Assembly: GCA_965223545.1 (NCBI GenBank) | Contig: OZ245006.1 | Coordinates: 448,001-512,000 of the forward strand | Direction: 5' to 3' | From: Planctomycetota bacterium | GTDB lineage: Bacteria > Planctomycetota > UBA1135 > UBA2386 | Length of the DNA: 64,000 bases | In this document: piece by piece, positions 9,337 through 19,866 of the stretch | How positions within the stretch are numbered: position 1 is the stretch's first letter | Layout: each line of letters starts with the position of its first letter | Notes under the pieces: generated by a model | The model's input: the letters and a program-made list of their open reading frames with translations, nothing else | The model's database searches: none | Told to the model about the DNA's origin: nothing | Position numbers and translations under genes: made by a program

Positions 9337-12300
9337 TCACTCCGCCGCGCGCGCGCGGCGCTTGAGCTTCTGGTAGAGCGCGGTGCGCGAGATGCCGAGC
9401 AGCTTGGCGGCCTTGGTCTTGTCGCCGTCGGTGTGCCGCAAGACGGCGTCGATCGTCCGCGCCTCGGCCTCTGCCAGCGGCATCACCGGCCACGACCTTC
9501 CAGCGCCGTCGGGCACGGCGATCGTCTGCAGCTCGACCGCCTCGATCCGGTCCCCGGTGGCGAACAGGAACGCGCGCTCGATCACGTGCGCCAGCTCGCG
9601 CACGTTGCCCGGCCAACCGTGCTCGATCAGCTGGGCCCGGGCGGTGTCGGCGAGCACGACCGCGCGGTCCTGCTGCCGATTCAGCCGGTCGAGAAACGCG
9701 TCGGCCAGCAACAGCACGTCGTCACCGCGCTGGCGCAGCGCCGGCACGCGCAGCTCCGCCGCCGCCAGCCGGAAGTAGAGGTCCTCGCGAAACTCGCCGG
9801 CCGCGATCATCGCCGGCAAATCGCGATGGGTGGCCGCCACCAGCCGGAAGTCGAGCGCGATCGGCGCATGGTCACCGACCCTGCGCGCGACGTTCTCCTG
9901 CAGCACGCGCAGCAGCTTCGCCTGCAGGGTGAGCGGCATGTCGCCGACCTCGTCCAAGAACAAGGTGCCGCCAGCGGCCAGCTCGAGCAAGCCCGCGCGG
10001 TCGCGGTCCGCGCCGGTGAAGGCACCCTTGCGGTGCCCGAACAGCTCGCTCTCCATCAACTCGGTGGGGATCGCCGAGCAGTTCTCCGACAAGAACGGGC
10101 CGCGCCGCCGCTCGCCCTGCTCGTGCAGCGCGCGCGCCGCCAGCTCCTTGCCGGTTCCGGTCTCGCCGAGCACCAGGATCGGCAAGTCGGCGTCGGCCAG
10201 CACCGCGATCTGCCGGCGCAGGGCCCGCATCGGCGGGCTGTCACCGAGCATTTCGGCGACCGGATCGCGCGGCGTGGCCCCTCTACCGCCGGGCTCCGGT
10301 GCAGGCGGCGGCACCGCCTCCTCGCGGCGCGCCGCACCGCGCGTCGCACCGCGCTCCGGCGAAACGACGCCCGCCGCGACGGCGATGGAGGCCTGGTCGG
10401 CCAGCACCTCGAGCCACTCCTTGTGCACCGCGGCGAACGCCTTGCCGCGAGTCGGGTGCTCGACGTACAGCGCACCGCCGCCACCCGCCGTGGTGAACGG
10501 GACGCAGAGCGCCGAGCGCTGCTCGAGATTGCGGACGCTGGTCATCTCGCTCAAGCTCGCATCGCCCACCAAGTCGTCGCCGGACAACGCGCGCTGGGAC
10601 TGCATGGCGCGGTTGGCCAAGGTGCGGCTGAACGCGTCGGCGCCGCCCGAGCCCGTGCCCCGGCTGAGGACCACCCGCAGGCCGCCGTCCTCGGCCAGCA
10701 GCAGATGGGCGAGCCGACCACCCAACAGCGTCACCGCGGCGTCGAGCAGAAACTCGAGCGCCGCGCGCGGGTCGCCGGCTGCCGCCAAGCGGCGGTTGAT
10801 CGCGGTGAACGTTTGGAACACGGTCGCCGGTACCGTCATCTCGCTACCTCTCTCACGCTCTCGCCCCTCATCCGTCCCCATCCGCGCCAGGCGCTGCTCG
10901 ACCTCTGCCGCCAGCCGGCGCACGCGGCCGTCGGCGTCGCCGCCGAGCCGCGCCAGCCACCGGCGCGCGCGCGAGACCTCGCCGAGAGCGGCGTGCGCGG
11001 CGGCGAGGTGGGCGTAGACCAGGGGCAGCGGTCCGTCGCAACCCACACTCTGCAGGCGCCGCGCCGCGCGCCGCATGCGGCGCACACCGACCTCGGGCCG
11101 GCCCGCGGCCAAGCTGACGATGCCGAGATTGGCATCCGCGCGCGCCACGCCGGCGACGTCGCCGACGTGGCGATACAAGGCGAGTGCACGGCGCAGGTGG
11201 CCGCGCGCTTCGTCGAGCTCGCCGCGATCTTTGGCCAGCACCCCGAGGTTGCTGTGCGCCACCGCGCAACCGCGCACGTGGCCGAGGCGGCGCAGCTCCG
11301 CCAGCGCCGCGGCGTGGTGGCGTTGTGCCGCCGCGCCGTCGCCACCGTCCCGTTCCGCCTCGGCCAGGTTGGTGAGCGCAGCGGCGCGCAGGAACGGCCG
11401 GCGCTCGTCGATGCGCGCCAGTGCCGCCTGCAACACGCCGACCGCCCGCGCAGCGTCTCCGGCGCGCGTCAGGACCAGACCGCGCAACACCGCGGCCTCC
11501 ACGCGCCGCGTTCGCACTCCATCGAGCAAGTCGAGCGCGCGCTGCCAATCGCCGCGCAATTCGGCCGCGCTGGCGGCCAGGAGCCGGCGTGCCGCGGAGC
11601 CGCCTTCCCTCGGGGGGTGCACCGCAAGGATCGCGTCCGCGGCCCGCACCTGGCCCAGGTCGAGCCGCGCGCGCGCCTCGAGCAGCGGCAGATCGTGCAC
11701 CAGGGGCAGCGCGCGGGCTGGCTCTCCGCCGCGGGTGAGCCCTTCGGCGAGGGCGGCGCGCAGCCGCCGCTCGCCGGGCGCGTCGAGCCCCGGCAGCTCT
11801 CTGCGATAGGCGGCGAACGCGGCCTCCACCTGGCCTTGCTGCGCGGCCCGCCGCAGCGCGGCCGGGGTGCCGGCGAGGATCGGCGGGGCCGCCAAGTCCA
11901 CGCGCCCGGCAGCCGCCGCCGGCCAGCTCCACCGCGCCCCGTCCGGCGCGATGCTGCCCGCCTCCACCAGCCGCGACAGTGCTGCACCGAGCGCAGCGGG
12001 AGTGCGCGCCCCGACACTCCACAGGGCCTGTGCCGCCGGTTCGGCCGGCTGCAGACCGACGCTGGCGCGCAGATGCGCGGCGACGGCGCCGGCGTCGATC
12101 TGACCGAGTTCGAGTTCGACCGCGGCCTCGCCTCCGCGCCGCACCACACTCGTGGCGTCGCGGTGCACGACCGCGCGCGCGCCGGTGAGAACGGTGGCGG
12201 TGTGCACCGCGACCGCGCGCCGGTCGTCCGCATCCCCGCCGCGCACCACCACGTCGCGACGAGCGCCGGCCCGGGCGAGCACCGCGTCGAGCGCCGGGGC

Positions 12301-13140
12301 GTAGCAGGCGATCGGGTCGGGCCGCAGCACGCCGAGCGCGGGGCGGCCGCTGCCGCCCACCAGCTCGTCGAGAGCCTCCTCGGCGTCGCCGAAGCGCCGG
12401 TGCGGCTGTCGCGCCAACAGCCGCGGCAACCATCGATCGAACGGCGCTGGCAAAGCGTTGCGGTCACGCCCGACCGCGGCGAGCAGCGGCCGCCGCGGGA
12501 AGTGACGGCGCCACGCCGCGAGCTCCGGCGCCGACGGCATGCCGCCCAGCAGCACGGCGATGGTCGCACCCAATGAGTAGAGGTCGCTGCGCGGCGTCGG
12601 CGCCAACCCCAGCCACCGCTCGGGCGCGGCGAAGAACGGCGTGCCGCCCCCGGCGCCATCGCCGGGCCGGGCCGCGGTGCCGAAGTCGAGCAACGCGTAG
12701 CGCGGCGCGTCGGCCGGCGGCGAACGCAGCACGTTCGCCGGCTTGACGTCCAAGTGGAGGACTCCACGCCAATGCACGAACGCCAGCACGGACAACAGCT
12801 GCACGGCAAGCTCGCGGACGGCGTCGGCAGGCATCGGCGCGTCCTGCTCCACGATGTCGCCAGCGAGGTAGTCGCGCACCAAGTAGGCGCGGCCGTCGGC
12901 GGTATGGCCGACCTCGTGCACCGCCGGAATCGACGGGTGCCGCAGCGACGCCAACACCGACGCCTCGCGCGGCGGCACCGCATCGGCCAGCACCTTCAGC
13001 AGCTGCAGGGATTCGCCGCTGGCGCCGACCGGCCGGACCGCCGCCGACCACCCCTCGCCACCGTGGTGCCGGCGGACCACCGTGAAGCGTCGCGCCAACG
13101 CCGGATCCAGGGCGGCGAGCTCGTGCGTTCGATCACGCAT
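9337..13140 (-). CDS. Sigma54-dependent enhancer-binding protein with N-terminal Ser/Thr kinase, TPR-like and GAF domains, AAA+ domain and Fis-type HTH
   Basis: Kinase HLDVKPANVL/DFG/APE; GETGTGKE, GAFTGA, LFLDEVG, WPGNVREL; C-terminal AAKLLGISRTALYQKL. Start uncertain (13140-13191). Confidence 0.93.
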   Translation of the reverse strand: MRDRTHELAALDPALARRFTVVRRHHGGEGWSAAVRPVGASGESLQLLKVLADAVPPREASVLASLRHPSIPAVHEVGHTADGRAYLVRDYLAGDIVEQDAPMPADAVRELAVQLLSVLAFVHWRGVLHLDVKPANVLRSPPADAPRYALLDFGTAARPGDGAGGGTPFFAAPERWLGLAPTPRSDLYSLGATIAVLLGGMPSAPELAAWRRHFPRRPLLAAVGRDRNALPAPFDRWLPRLLARQPHRRFGDAEEALDELVGGSGRPALGVLRPDPIACYAPALDAVLARAGARRDVVVRGGDADDRRAVAVHTATVLTGARAVVHRDATSVVRRGGEAAVELELGQIDAGAVAAHLRASVGLQPAEPAAQALWSVGARTPAALGAALSRLVEAGSIAPDGARWSWPAAAAGRVDLAAPPILAGTPAALRRAAQQGQVEAAFAAYRRELPGLDAPGERRLRAALAEGLTRGGEPARALPLVHDLPLLEARARLDLGQVRAADAILAVHPPREGGSAARRLLAASAAELRGDWQRALDLLDGVRTRRVEAAVLRGLVLTRAGDAARAVGVLQAALARIDERRPFLRAAALTNLAEAERDGGDGAAAQRHHAAALAELRRLGHVRGCAVAHSNLGVLAKDRGELDEARGHLRRALALYRHVGDVAGVARADANLGIVSLAAGRPEVGVRRMRRAARRLQSVGCDGPLPLVYAHLAAAHAALGEVSRARRWLARLGGDADGRVRRLAAEVEQRLARMGTDEGRERERGSEMTVPATVFQTFTAINRRLAAAGDPRAALEFLLDAAVTLLGGRLAHLLLAEDGGLRVVLSRGTGSGGADAFSRTLANRAMQSQRALSGDDLVGDASLSEMTSVRNLEQRSALCVPFTTAGGGGALYVEHPTRGKAFAAVHKEWLEVLADQASIAVAAGVVSPERGATRGAARREEAVPPPAPEPGGRGATPRDPVAEMLGDSPPMRALRRQIAVLADADLPILVLGETGTGKELAARALHEQGERRRGPFLSENCSAIPTELMESELFGHRKGAFTGADRDRAGLLELAAGGTLFLDEVGDMPLTLQAKLLRVLQENVARRVGDHAPIALDFRLVAATHRDLPAMIAAGEFREDLYFRLAAAELRVPALRQRGDDVLLLADAFLDRLNRQQDRAVVLADTARAQLIEHGWPGNVRELAHVIERAFLFATGDRIEAVELQTIAVPDGAGRSWPVMPLAEAEARTIDAVLRHTDGDKTKAAKLLGISRTALYQKLKRRARAAE

Positions 13141-13272
13141 GCGTCGCATCCGTCCGCGCCGCCGGGCGCACCGCCTCGCCTTCGTGCACAATACGCACAG
13201 TGCGCGTTCGCGATGCGCACGTCCAGACCCTGCTCACGCCCGGTATCCACACGCCCCGGTGGCACCGGTGGC

Positions 13273-13288
13273 GGGCACGGCGCTTGTA
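13273..13288 (+). promoter_or_regulatory. Probable sigma54-type promoter (variant -12) upstream of the 13323 gene
   Basis: GGGCACGGCGCTTGTA: good -24 element GGCAC, but -12 is TTGT rather than TTGC. Nearly identical to the site at 61124. Confidence 0.45.
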
Positions 13289-13322
13289 GCGCAGCAGCCC
13301 GGAGATTCCCCCGCCGTTTACC

Positions 13323-14978
13323 ATGGCACCCTTGATGAGACCCCTCTGGCTCCTGCTTCTGATCCTCCTGCCGGCCGCGGCGGGTCGATCCCAGCCTTCG
13401 CACCTCACGTGGCTCGAAGGAACGCCCGGCAACACCGCCGTCTTCACCGTCGACGAAGCGCGGCCGGGGACCCCGGCAGCTGCATGGCTGGCTGGCGTCG
13501 CGGTGCTCGACATCGAGCTCAGCAACCGCACAACGCAGGCCAGCCTGCGGCGCGATCGCGCGCGCCGCGCCGTCGAGCTCGGCGTGCCGCGCCTGGAGTT
13601 GCCCGACAACGGCCGCGTGCTGCGCTACGCGCGCGCCGCCACCGGCGAGCACGGCTTCGTGTGGATCGGCGCCGACGGCCGCCCGCACTTGTTGTTGGCG
13701 CTGACGGCGGGCGACACCGGCGGCGACCCGTTTGCCGACCGCTGCGCCGTGAGCGCCGACGGCCGCCACCTGGTGATCACCGACGCCGCGGGCCGGGCGT
13801 TCGCCGCCGATCTACGCGGTGCGGACCCGGCGGTCTGGCGGCTGGGCTTGCCCGCGCCGGTCGAACCGCGCAGCGTCTGCGTCGGCGGCGACCGCGCCCT
13901 GCTGCAGACCACCGACCAGCGGCTGTGGCACATCCCCCTGATCGGCGACCGCGCGGCGATCGACATCACCCCGCAGCCGGGACCCGGCGCGCAGCTGGTC
14001 GCCGAGATGGCACCGGCGGCGAGCGGCCACGCCGTCGTCCTGCTGCAGGACACGGCCAGTACCGCGCTCTACCTGGCCGCGCCGGACGGCACCGTGCGCG
14101 CCCTGCCGGTGCCGGTCGCGCGCTACACCGCGCCGGGCTACCTGCCGGAGGTGACCGACGGACCGCGCATGCTGCTGAGCGACGACGGCAGCCGTCTGTT
14201 CTTCACGCAGGAGACCATGAGCGGTGAGCTGTTCCTGCTCGACACCACCGGCGCCACCGGCCTCGTGCACTTGACCGACGACTCCGTCTTCGAGCCCTAC
14301 ATCGGCACCGGCATCCACCCGTCGTTCGTCGGTGACCGGCTCGTCGCCGCCGTCGGCGATCCGGCGTTCGGCTTCGACTGGATGACCGCGCGCACCACCG
14401 CGCCGGTGCAGAACCTCACGCTGAGCGGGCTGCCGGGGACTCCCTGGTGGCCGGGCACCCTGCGGCCGACCGCGGGCTACTCCACCACTGCGGGCGGCGT
14501 ACTCGCCGCCGAGCCCGACCCCAATGGCGGCACCCTCCTGCGCGCGATCGACGCCACTGCCGGTACCCACGTCGTGGTGGCCCGCGATCTGCGCGGCGCG
14601 CCGGGCGCCGGGCGCGCCGCTGCCGCGCCAAACCTGATCATCCCCAGCCAGCGCGGCGACCGCTTCTTGAACGCCGCGCTGCAGCCGCTGCTGCAGAGCC
14701 CCGCCGGCATGCAGCTGTCCGCCGACGCGCAGCTCCCCGGCACGGTGGCGACCCTGTTCACCCTGCACTACGCCAGCGGCGGCGGCAACGTCATGCTGCG
14801 CTTGCCCAACGGAGCCATCGTGACCTTGCCGTTCGACCCCGCGTTGCGCGGTTTGGCGGTGACCCCGGCCGGCGGGGTGATCATCGACGGCAGCGAGCTG
14901 CGCTACATCAAGAACGGCGTGCAGTACCGGCTGGCGAGCGGCTCCGCGCCGCGGACTCCACTCTCACACCTGCACTGA
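13323..14978 (+). CDS. Secreted hypothetical protein, possibly beta-propeller
   Basis: Signal peptide (LWLLLLILLPAAAG); beta-rich composition with SADGRHL and SDDGSRL repeats. Confidence 0.75.
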   Translation: MAPLMRPLWLLLLILLPAAAGRSQPSHLTWLEGTPGNTAVFTVDEARPGTPAAAWLAGVAVLDIELSNRTTQASLRRDRARRAVELGVPRLELPDNGRVLRYARAATGEHGFVWIGADGRPHLLLALTAGDTGGDPFADRCAVSADGRHLVITDAAGRAFAADLRGADPAVWRLGLPAPVEPRSVCVGGDRALLQTTDQRLWHIPLIGDRAAIDITPQPGPGAQLVAEMAPAASGHAVVLLQDTASTALYLAAPDGTVRALPVPVARYTAPGYLPEVTDGPRMLLSDDGSRLFFTQETMSGELFLLDTTGATGLVHLTDDSVFEPYIGTGIHPSFVGDRLVAAVGDPAFGFDWMTARTTAPVQNLTLSGLPGTPWWPGTLRPTAGYSTTAGGVLAAEPDPNGGTLLRAIDATAGTHVVVARDLRGAPGAGRAAAAPNLIIPSQRGDRFLNAALQPLLQSPAGMQLSADAQLPGTVATLFTLHYASGGGNVMLRLPNGAIVTLPFDPALRGLAVTPAGGVIIDGSELRYIKNGVQYRLASGSAPRTPLSHLH

Positions 14979-14986
14979 TCGGCAGA

Positions 14987-15586
14987 ATGGTCAGGGACAC
15001 CACCGTGGCCGACAAGGCGGCCCTGCGGCGGGACGCGCGCGCGGCGCTCGAGCGGCTCACCGCCGAACAACGAGCGCTCGCATCCACGCACGCCTGCGCG
15101 ATGCTGGCATCGACGGGTGAGTTCGCCGCCGCCACCCGGCTGATGCTGTTTCTGTCGATGCCGCACGAGGTCGACACCGCCGCGCTGCTGCGCGTCGCTT
15201 GGGCCGCGGGCAAGGCGGTCGCCGTGCCCCGCATCACCGCCGACGGCCAGCTCGAGGCGCTGCCACTCACCGAGCAGACACGGCTGCGCGCGGGCCCGCT
15301 CGACATCCGCGAGCCGGTGTCGGGCGACGACCCGATCGACCCGGCCTCGATCGAGATGATCGTCGCACCGGGCCTCGCGTTCGACCGCGGCGGCGGCCGG
15401 CTCGGACACGGTGGCGGCTACTACGACCGCTTCTTGCCGCGCGCACCCGGGGCGTGGGTGTGCGGGCTCGGCTTCGACTGTCAGCTGTGGACGGTGGTGC
15501 CCATGGCCGCCCACGACCGGCGCATTCACGCGGTCGCCACGCCGTCCGGCCTGTACCGCGCCGCCCACGATCCAAGGCCGCGCTGA
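14987..15586 (+). CDS. 5-formyltetrahydrofolate cyclo-ligase
   Basis: DKAALRR start; EVDT; PGLAFDRGGGRLGHGGGYYDRFL; HD motif. Confidence 0.95.
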   Translation: MVRDTTVADKAALRRDARAALERLTAEQRALASTHACAMLASTGEFAAATRLMLFLSMPHEVDTAALLRVAWAAGKAVAVPRITADGQLEALPLTEQTRLRAGPLDIREPVSGDDPIDPASIEMIVAPGLAFDRGGGRLGHGGGYYDRFLPRAPGAWVCGLGFDCQLWTVVPMAAHDRRIHAVATPSGLYRAAHDPRPR

Positions 15587-15650
15587 TCGCGCGCCGCGGC
15601 CGCGCCCCCAGGCTCAAGCAGAGGCCGGGCGGACGCCGATCAGCAATGCC

Positions 15651-16082
15651 ATGGGACGAAACCGGCGCGTGGTTCCGCTGTGGTGCACAGCAACGCTGAT
15701 GGCCTTGGCGGCGTGCTCCGCCGAACCCGCGCGCAAGCCCACCCCCGATCTGCGGCCGCACGCCGCTCAGGTGGAGTTGGCACCGGGCAGCGCGCCGGCG
15801 GCCCCGGCCATGTTCTCGCGGCTGGAGATCGAGCGCACCACCGAGGAGCTGCGCGACCTGATCCGCGCCGGTGAGCTGGACCGCGCCCTGCAGCACTACC
15901 ACGCGGTCGAGCCGTGCACGCGCGTCGCGCGCGACAGCGACGCCTACCCCGCCCGCCTCGAGCTCGAGAACCTGTTCGTCCGCTGCGTGATGGCGCGCGA
16001 GTTTCTCGCGCTCAAGGTCGAGTACCCGGGCCAGCCGGGCACGCCGCCGCTGCCGCCGCAGTGGCCGGTGGCGCCCTGGTAG
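15651..16082 (+). CDS. Hypothetical lipoprotein
   Basis: ATG at 15651; lipobox LAA-C (LMALAACSAEP). Confidence 0.6.
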   Translation: MGRNRRVVPLWCTATLMALAACSAEPARKPTPDLRPHAAQVELAPGSAPAAPAMFSRLEIERTTEELRDLIRAGELDRALQHYHAVEPCTRVARDSDAYPARLELENLFVRCVMAREFLALKVEYPGQPGTPPLPPQWPVAPW

Positions 16083-16192
16083 GAGACACGGCACGGCGCG
16101 TCGGTCGGGAAAACAGCCAACGGCAGCGCAAGAACGACACCTCCACCAGCGTCCCAGCACCAAATCGTGTGGTACGTCCCTAGGAGGGCAAC

Positions 16193-16945
16193 ATGAACTC
16201 ACGCTCCATCTTCTTCGTCGCTCTCAGCGGCGCGCTCGTGTCGTTGTCTCCAGCGACCGCTCAGGACGCTGCGGCGGAATCCGCGGCGCCACTCTTCGAG
16301 ATCGCCGCCGGCGAACACGAGATCGCGGACCTGATCCGGCGCTCGGGCGAGTTTCTCGGCCGGCACTACGTTCTGCACGAGCAGGACATGAGCAACTCAC
16401 ACCAGACCACCGTGCGGATCGACCGGCCGATGCACCTCGACCCGGCGGGCTGCGAGCGCGTCGTCGGTTTGCTGGCCTACTCGATCGGCTTCGCCATGAT
16501 GCCGCTCGACCCGACGCACGACCTGTGGGAATGGGCCTCGATGAGCGGCCCCCGGCGCAGCGAGCTGACGCAGCGCGCGCTGCCGATGACGGTCGAGGAG
16601 GTCCGACACAGCAACAACCGCACCTTGGTCGTGCAGACCACGGTGACGCTGAAACACCTCGATGCCAACGCGGCCAGCAACACCTTGCGCCCGTTCTTCA
16701 TGACGCGTGGCGGGAGTGCCGCGCTCACGATCGGCGCCGCTGGCGGCAGTCTGTTGTTGTCCGGCTTCGTGCACCAGGTCGACCGCGCCTTGCAGGTGCT
16801 CGACGCCGCTGACGTACCCCGCAAGGCCCCGGTGGTCGCGGCGGAGGAGAACGAAGATTGCGCGACCCGACTGAAGCGCCTCGAGCAGCGGATCGCGAAG
16901 CTCGAGGCTGCTGCGAGCAAGGGGACGGCGACCGCCGCGCGCTGA
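16193..16945 (+). CDS. Secreted protein with secretin N-domain-like region and C-terminal coiled coil
   Basis: RBS GGAGG; signal peptide; VTLKHLDANAASNTLRP...SLLLSG...LD resembles Secretin_N; ends RLKRLEQRIAKLE. Confidence 0.65.
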   Translation: MNSRSIFFVALSGALVSLSPATAQDAAAESAAPLFEIAAGEHEIADLIRRSGEFLGRHYVLHEQDMSNSHQTTVRIDRPMHLDPAGCERVVGLLAYSIGFAMMPLDPTHDLWEWASMSGPRRSELTQRALPMTVEEVRHSNNRTLVVQTTVTLKHLDANAASNTLRPFFMTRGGSAALTIGAAGGSLLLSGFVHQVDRALQVLDAADVPRKAPVVAAEENEDCATRLKRLEQRIAKLEAAASKGTATAAR

Positions 16946-16977
16946 AAGAGCGGGGCGAGCTCGGCGGGCGAGAGCCG

Positions 16978-18441
16978 TCAGCGACTGCCCAGCATGCGGC
17001 AGTAGAGCGCCTCGTACTCGAGAACCTGCCGCTGCCACGACCAATCGACGGCCATCGCGCGCTGCACCAGCGCAGCCCATGCCGCCCGGTCGTGGTACAG
17101 CTCGAGCGCGCGCACGAGCACATCGAACAGCGCCTGGGCGCGGAACTCGTCGAACAGAAACCCGGTGCCGGTGCCGGCGCGCGGATCGCAATCCTCGACC
17201 GTGTCCGCCAGACCGCCGGTGCGGCGCACCACCGGGATGGTGCCGTACTTCAAGCTGTACATCTGGTTGAGCCCGCACGGTTCGTAGCGCGAGGGCATCA
17301 GGAAGAGATCCGCCGCCGCTTCGATGCGGTGCGCCAGCTCGTTGCTGTAGCCACGGTAGTAGCCGACGGCATCCGGATAGAGGTCGCGCAGGTCCTGGAA
17401 CAGCTGCTCGTACTTGGGCTCGCCCGTGCCCAACGCCAGCAGCCGGCAGGCACCGCGCTGGAGCACCACCGGCAACACCTCGGCGGCCAGCTCGAACCCC
17501 TTCTGGTAGGTCAGCCGGGACACCACGCCCACCAGCGGCCGATCGTCGTCGTGCGGCAGGGAGAACTCGGCCAGCAGGGCCGCCTTGTTGGCGGCCTTGC
17601 CGCTGAGATCGCCGGCGGAGTAGCGGTGCGGTAGAAGGCGGTCGGTGGCCGGATCCCAGTCCTCGTAGTCGCAGCCGTTGACGATGCCGGTCAGCACCTC
17701 GCGGCGCGCGCGCAGCGACGCCTCGAGTCCCATGCCGAACTCGGCCGTCAGCAGCTCGCTGGCGTAGGTCCGGCTGACGGTCGACACCGCGTCGGCGTAA
17801 CGGATGCCGTTGCGCAGCGGGTTGAGCACGCCCGCTTCGAGGTCGTCCGCATCGAGCAGGTGCCGCTCCCCGTCGAGTCCCAACGCGGGGAGAGCATCGA
17901 CGCCGACGGTGCCCTGGTAGCCGATGTTGTGGATGGTGAGCAGGGTGCGGCTGGTGTCGAACAGGCGATCCCAGGCGTAGCGCGTCCGCAGGTAGAAGGG
18001 CAGCAGCGCCGTGTGCCAGTCGTTGCAGTGGAACACGTCCGCGGCAAAGCCCAGCCGCTGGCACAACTCGATCGCGGCACAGGAGAGGGCCGCGAAGCGC
18101 AGCGTCTCTTCGCCGCCGGCGGTGTAGATCTCGTCTCCGCCGAACAGCTCGGGAAGGTGCACGAACACCACCCGCACCGCGCTGCCCGGCAAGTCGGTGG
18201 CAAAGGCGGAGAACTCCCAAGTCCGTTCCCCCAGCGAGAACGACACTGCCTGGGCCTCGGCCACGGGGTCGAACCGATAGCCGCCGTCGCGCACCCGGCC
18301 GTACATCGGCATCACCACCAGCACGTCGTGCCCGCGCGCATGCAGAGCCGCCGACAGGCCCTTGCCGACGTCGGCCAGCCCCCCGGTCTTGGCGAACGGC
18401 GCCACCTCGCTCGCCACCAGACAGATGCGCAGCTTGGTCAT
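16978..18441 (-). CDS. glgA: Glycogen synthase (GT5)
   Basis: SEVAPFAKTGGLADV, HCNDWHTA, TIHNIGYQG, SRLTYQKG, PSRYEPCGLNQ, TGGLADTV. Confidence 0.97.
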   Translation of the reverse strand: MTKLRICLVASEVAPFAKTGGLADVGKGLSAALHARGHDVLVVMPMYGRVRDGGYRFDPVAEAQAVSFSLGERTWEFSAFATDLPGSAVRVVFVHLPELFGGDEIYTAGGEETLRFAALSCAAIELCQRLGFAADVFHCNDWHTALLPFYLRTRYAWDRLFDTSRTLLTIHNIGYQGTVGVDALPALGLDGERHLLDADDLEAGVLNPLRNGIRYADAVSTVSRTYASELLTAEFGMGLEASLRARREVLTGIVNGCDYEDWDPATDRLLPHRYSAGDLSGKAANKAALLAEFSLPHDDDRPLVGVVSRLTYQKGFELAAEVLPVVLQRGACRLLALGTGEPKYEQLFQDLRDLYPDAVGYYRGYSNELAHRIEAAADLFLMPSRYEPCGLNQMYSLKYGTIPVVRRTGGLADTVEDCDPRAGTGTGFLFDEFRAQALFDVLVRALELYHDRAAWAALVQRAMAVDWSWQRQVLEYEALYCRMLGSR

Positions 18442-18599
18442 TGGGCCTAGAAGCTACCGCGACCCGCGGCGAAAGCCCGGCAAACCCCCGCCCCGCGGTG
18501 TTGCCGCGCGCCCCTTCGCGCCGGCTACGTCTTGCCAACCCTCGCACCCGGGGTACGGTGGCGCTCAGCCCCTCGTCCGCTCGCCGCCCTCGACCCCAC

Positions 18600-19829
18600 A
18601 TGCGACACGCCGTCTTCGTGGTCCCGTTCGCCCTGGACGCCACCCTGCGCTTCGTGCGCGCCGCGGCGACCCTGGACGGCGTCCGCGTCGGACTCGTCAC
18701 CCAGCAGTCGATCGGCCAATTGCCCGAGGACGTGCTGCGCCACGTCGGCGCGGTGCACCAAGTCGGCGACGCCCTGGATGCGGATGCGCTCACCGCCGCC
18801 GTGCGCGAGCTCGCGCCGCGGCTCGAACACCGCGTCGACGCTCTGATCGGTATCCTCGAGCCGCTGCAGGAGTCCCTGGCGGCGGTGCGCGAGCGCCTCG
18901 GCATCCCCGGCATGGGCGTCGACGTGGCGCGCAACTTTCGCGACAAGGCGCGGATGAAGAGCGTGCTGCGCCACCACGAGCTGCCGTGCGCCCGCCACCA
19001 CCTGGCGACCAGCGCCCGCGACGCCCTCGACTTCGCCAAGGGCTGCGGCTACCCGCTGGTGTGCAAGCCGCCGGCCGGTGCCGGCGCCAAGAACACGTTC
19101 CGCGTCGAATCAGACGAGCAGCTCGACGCCGCGCTGCGGGGCATGCCGCCGACCGCGGCCAAGCCAATGCTGCTCGAAGAGTTCATCCGCGGCCGCGAGT
19201 TCTCCTTCGACAGCATCACCATCGACGGCCGCCACTGCTTCCACTCGATCTCCACCTACCACCCGACACCGCTCGAGGTGATGGAGAATCCGTGGATCCA
19301 GTGGTGCGTGCTGCTGCCGCGGCACATCGACGGCGACGAGTTCGCGCCGATCCGCGCCGCCGGCCCGAAGGCGCTCGACGCGCTCGGGCTGCACACCGGC
19401 ATGACCCACATGGAGTGGTTCGAGCGCCCCGACGGCAGCATCGCCATCTCCGAGGTCGCCGCCCGCCCACCGGGCGCGCAGTTCACCAGCCTGATCAGCC
19501 ACGCGCACGGGCACGACTTCTACCGCGCCTGGGCCGAGCTGATGTGCACCGGACACTTCACGCCGCCGGAGCGGCGCTTCGCCGTCGGCGCCGCGTTCCT
19601 GCGCGGGCAGGGCAACGGCCGGGTGATCGACGTGCACGGCCTCGAGGAAGCCAAGAAGAAGCTCGACGGACTCGTGGTCGAAGCGCGCCTGCCGCAGCGC
19701 GGGCAGGCCCGGGCCAGCAGCTACGAGGGCGAGGGCTACGTCATCCTCCGCCACCCGGAGACCGAGGTCGTCGCCGCCGGACTCGACACGGTCGTCAACA
19801 CCTTGCGCGTCGAGCTCGGTCAGCTGTGA
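18600..19829 (+). CDS. ATP-grasp domain protein
   Basis: ATG at 18600; RDKARMK, GYPLVCKP, EEFIRG, THMEWF, EVAARPPG. Confidence 0.92.
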   Translation: MRHAVFVVPFALDATLRFVRAAATLDGVRVGLVTQQSIGQLPEDVLRHVGAVHQVGDALDADALTAAVRELAPRLEHRVDALIGILEPLQESLAAVRERLGIPGMGVDVARNFRDKARMKSVLRHHELPCARHHLATSARDALDFAKGCGYPLVCKPPAGAGAKNTFRVESDEQLDAALRGMPPTAAKPMLLEEFIRGREFSFDSITIDGRHCFHSISTYHPTPLEVMENPWIQWCVLLPRHIDGDEFAPIRAAGPKALDALGLHTGMTHMEWFERPDGSIAISEVAARPPGAQFTSLISHAHGHDFYRAWAELMCTGHFTPPERRFAVGAAFLRGQGNGRVIDVHGLEEAKKKLDGLVVEARLPQRGQARASSYEGEGYVILRHPETEVVAAGLDTVVNTLRVELGQL

Positions 19830-19866
19830 GCGCCACCGAAAGTCCCGTCGCCTCCCCACCACCGCC

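Noticed and set aside
14940..14990. 6S RNA (ssrS), often found upstream of 5-formyl-THF cyclo-ligase
   Set aside because: Only 8 nt separate the upstream stop from the cyclo-ligase start, leaving no room.
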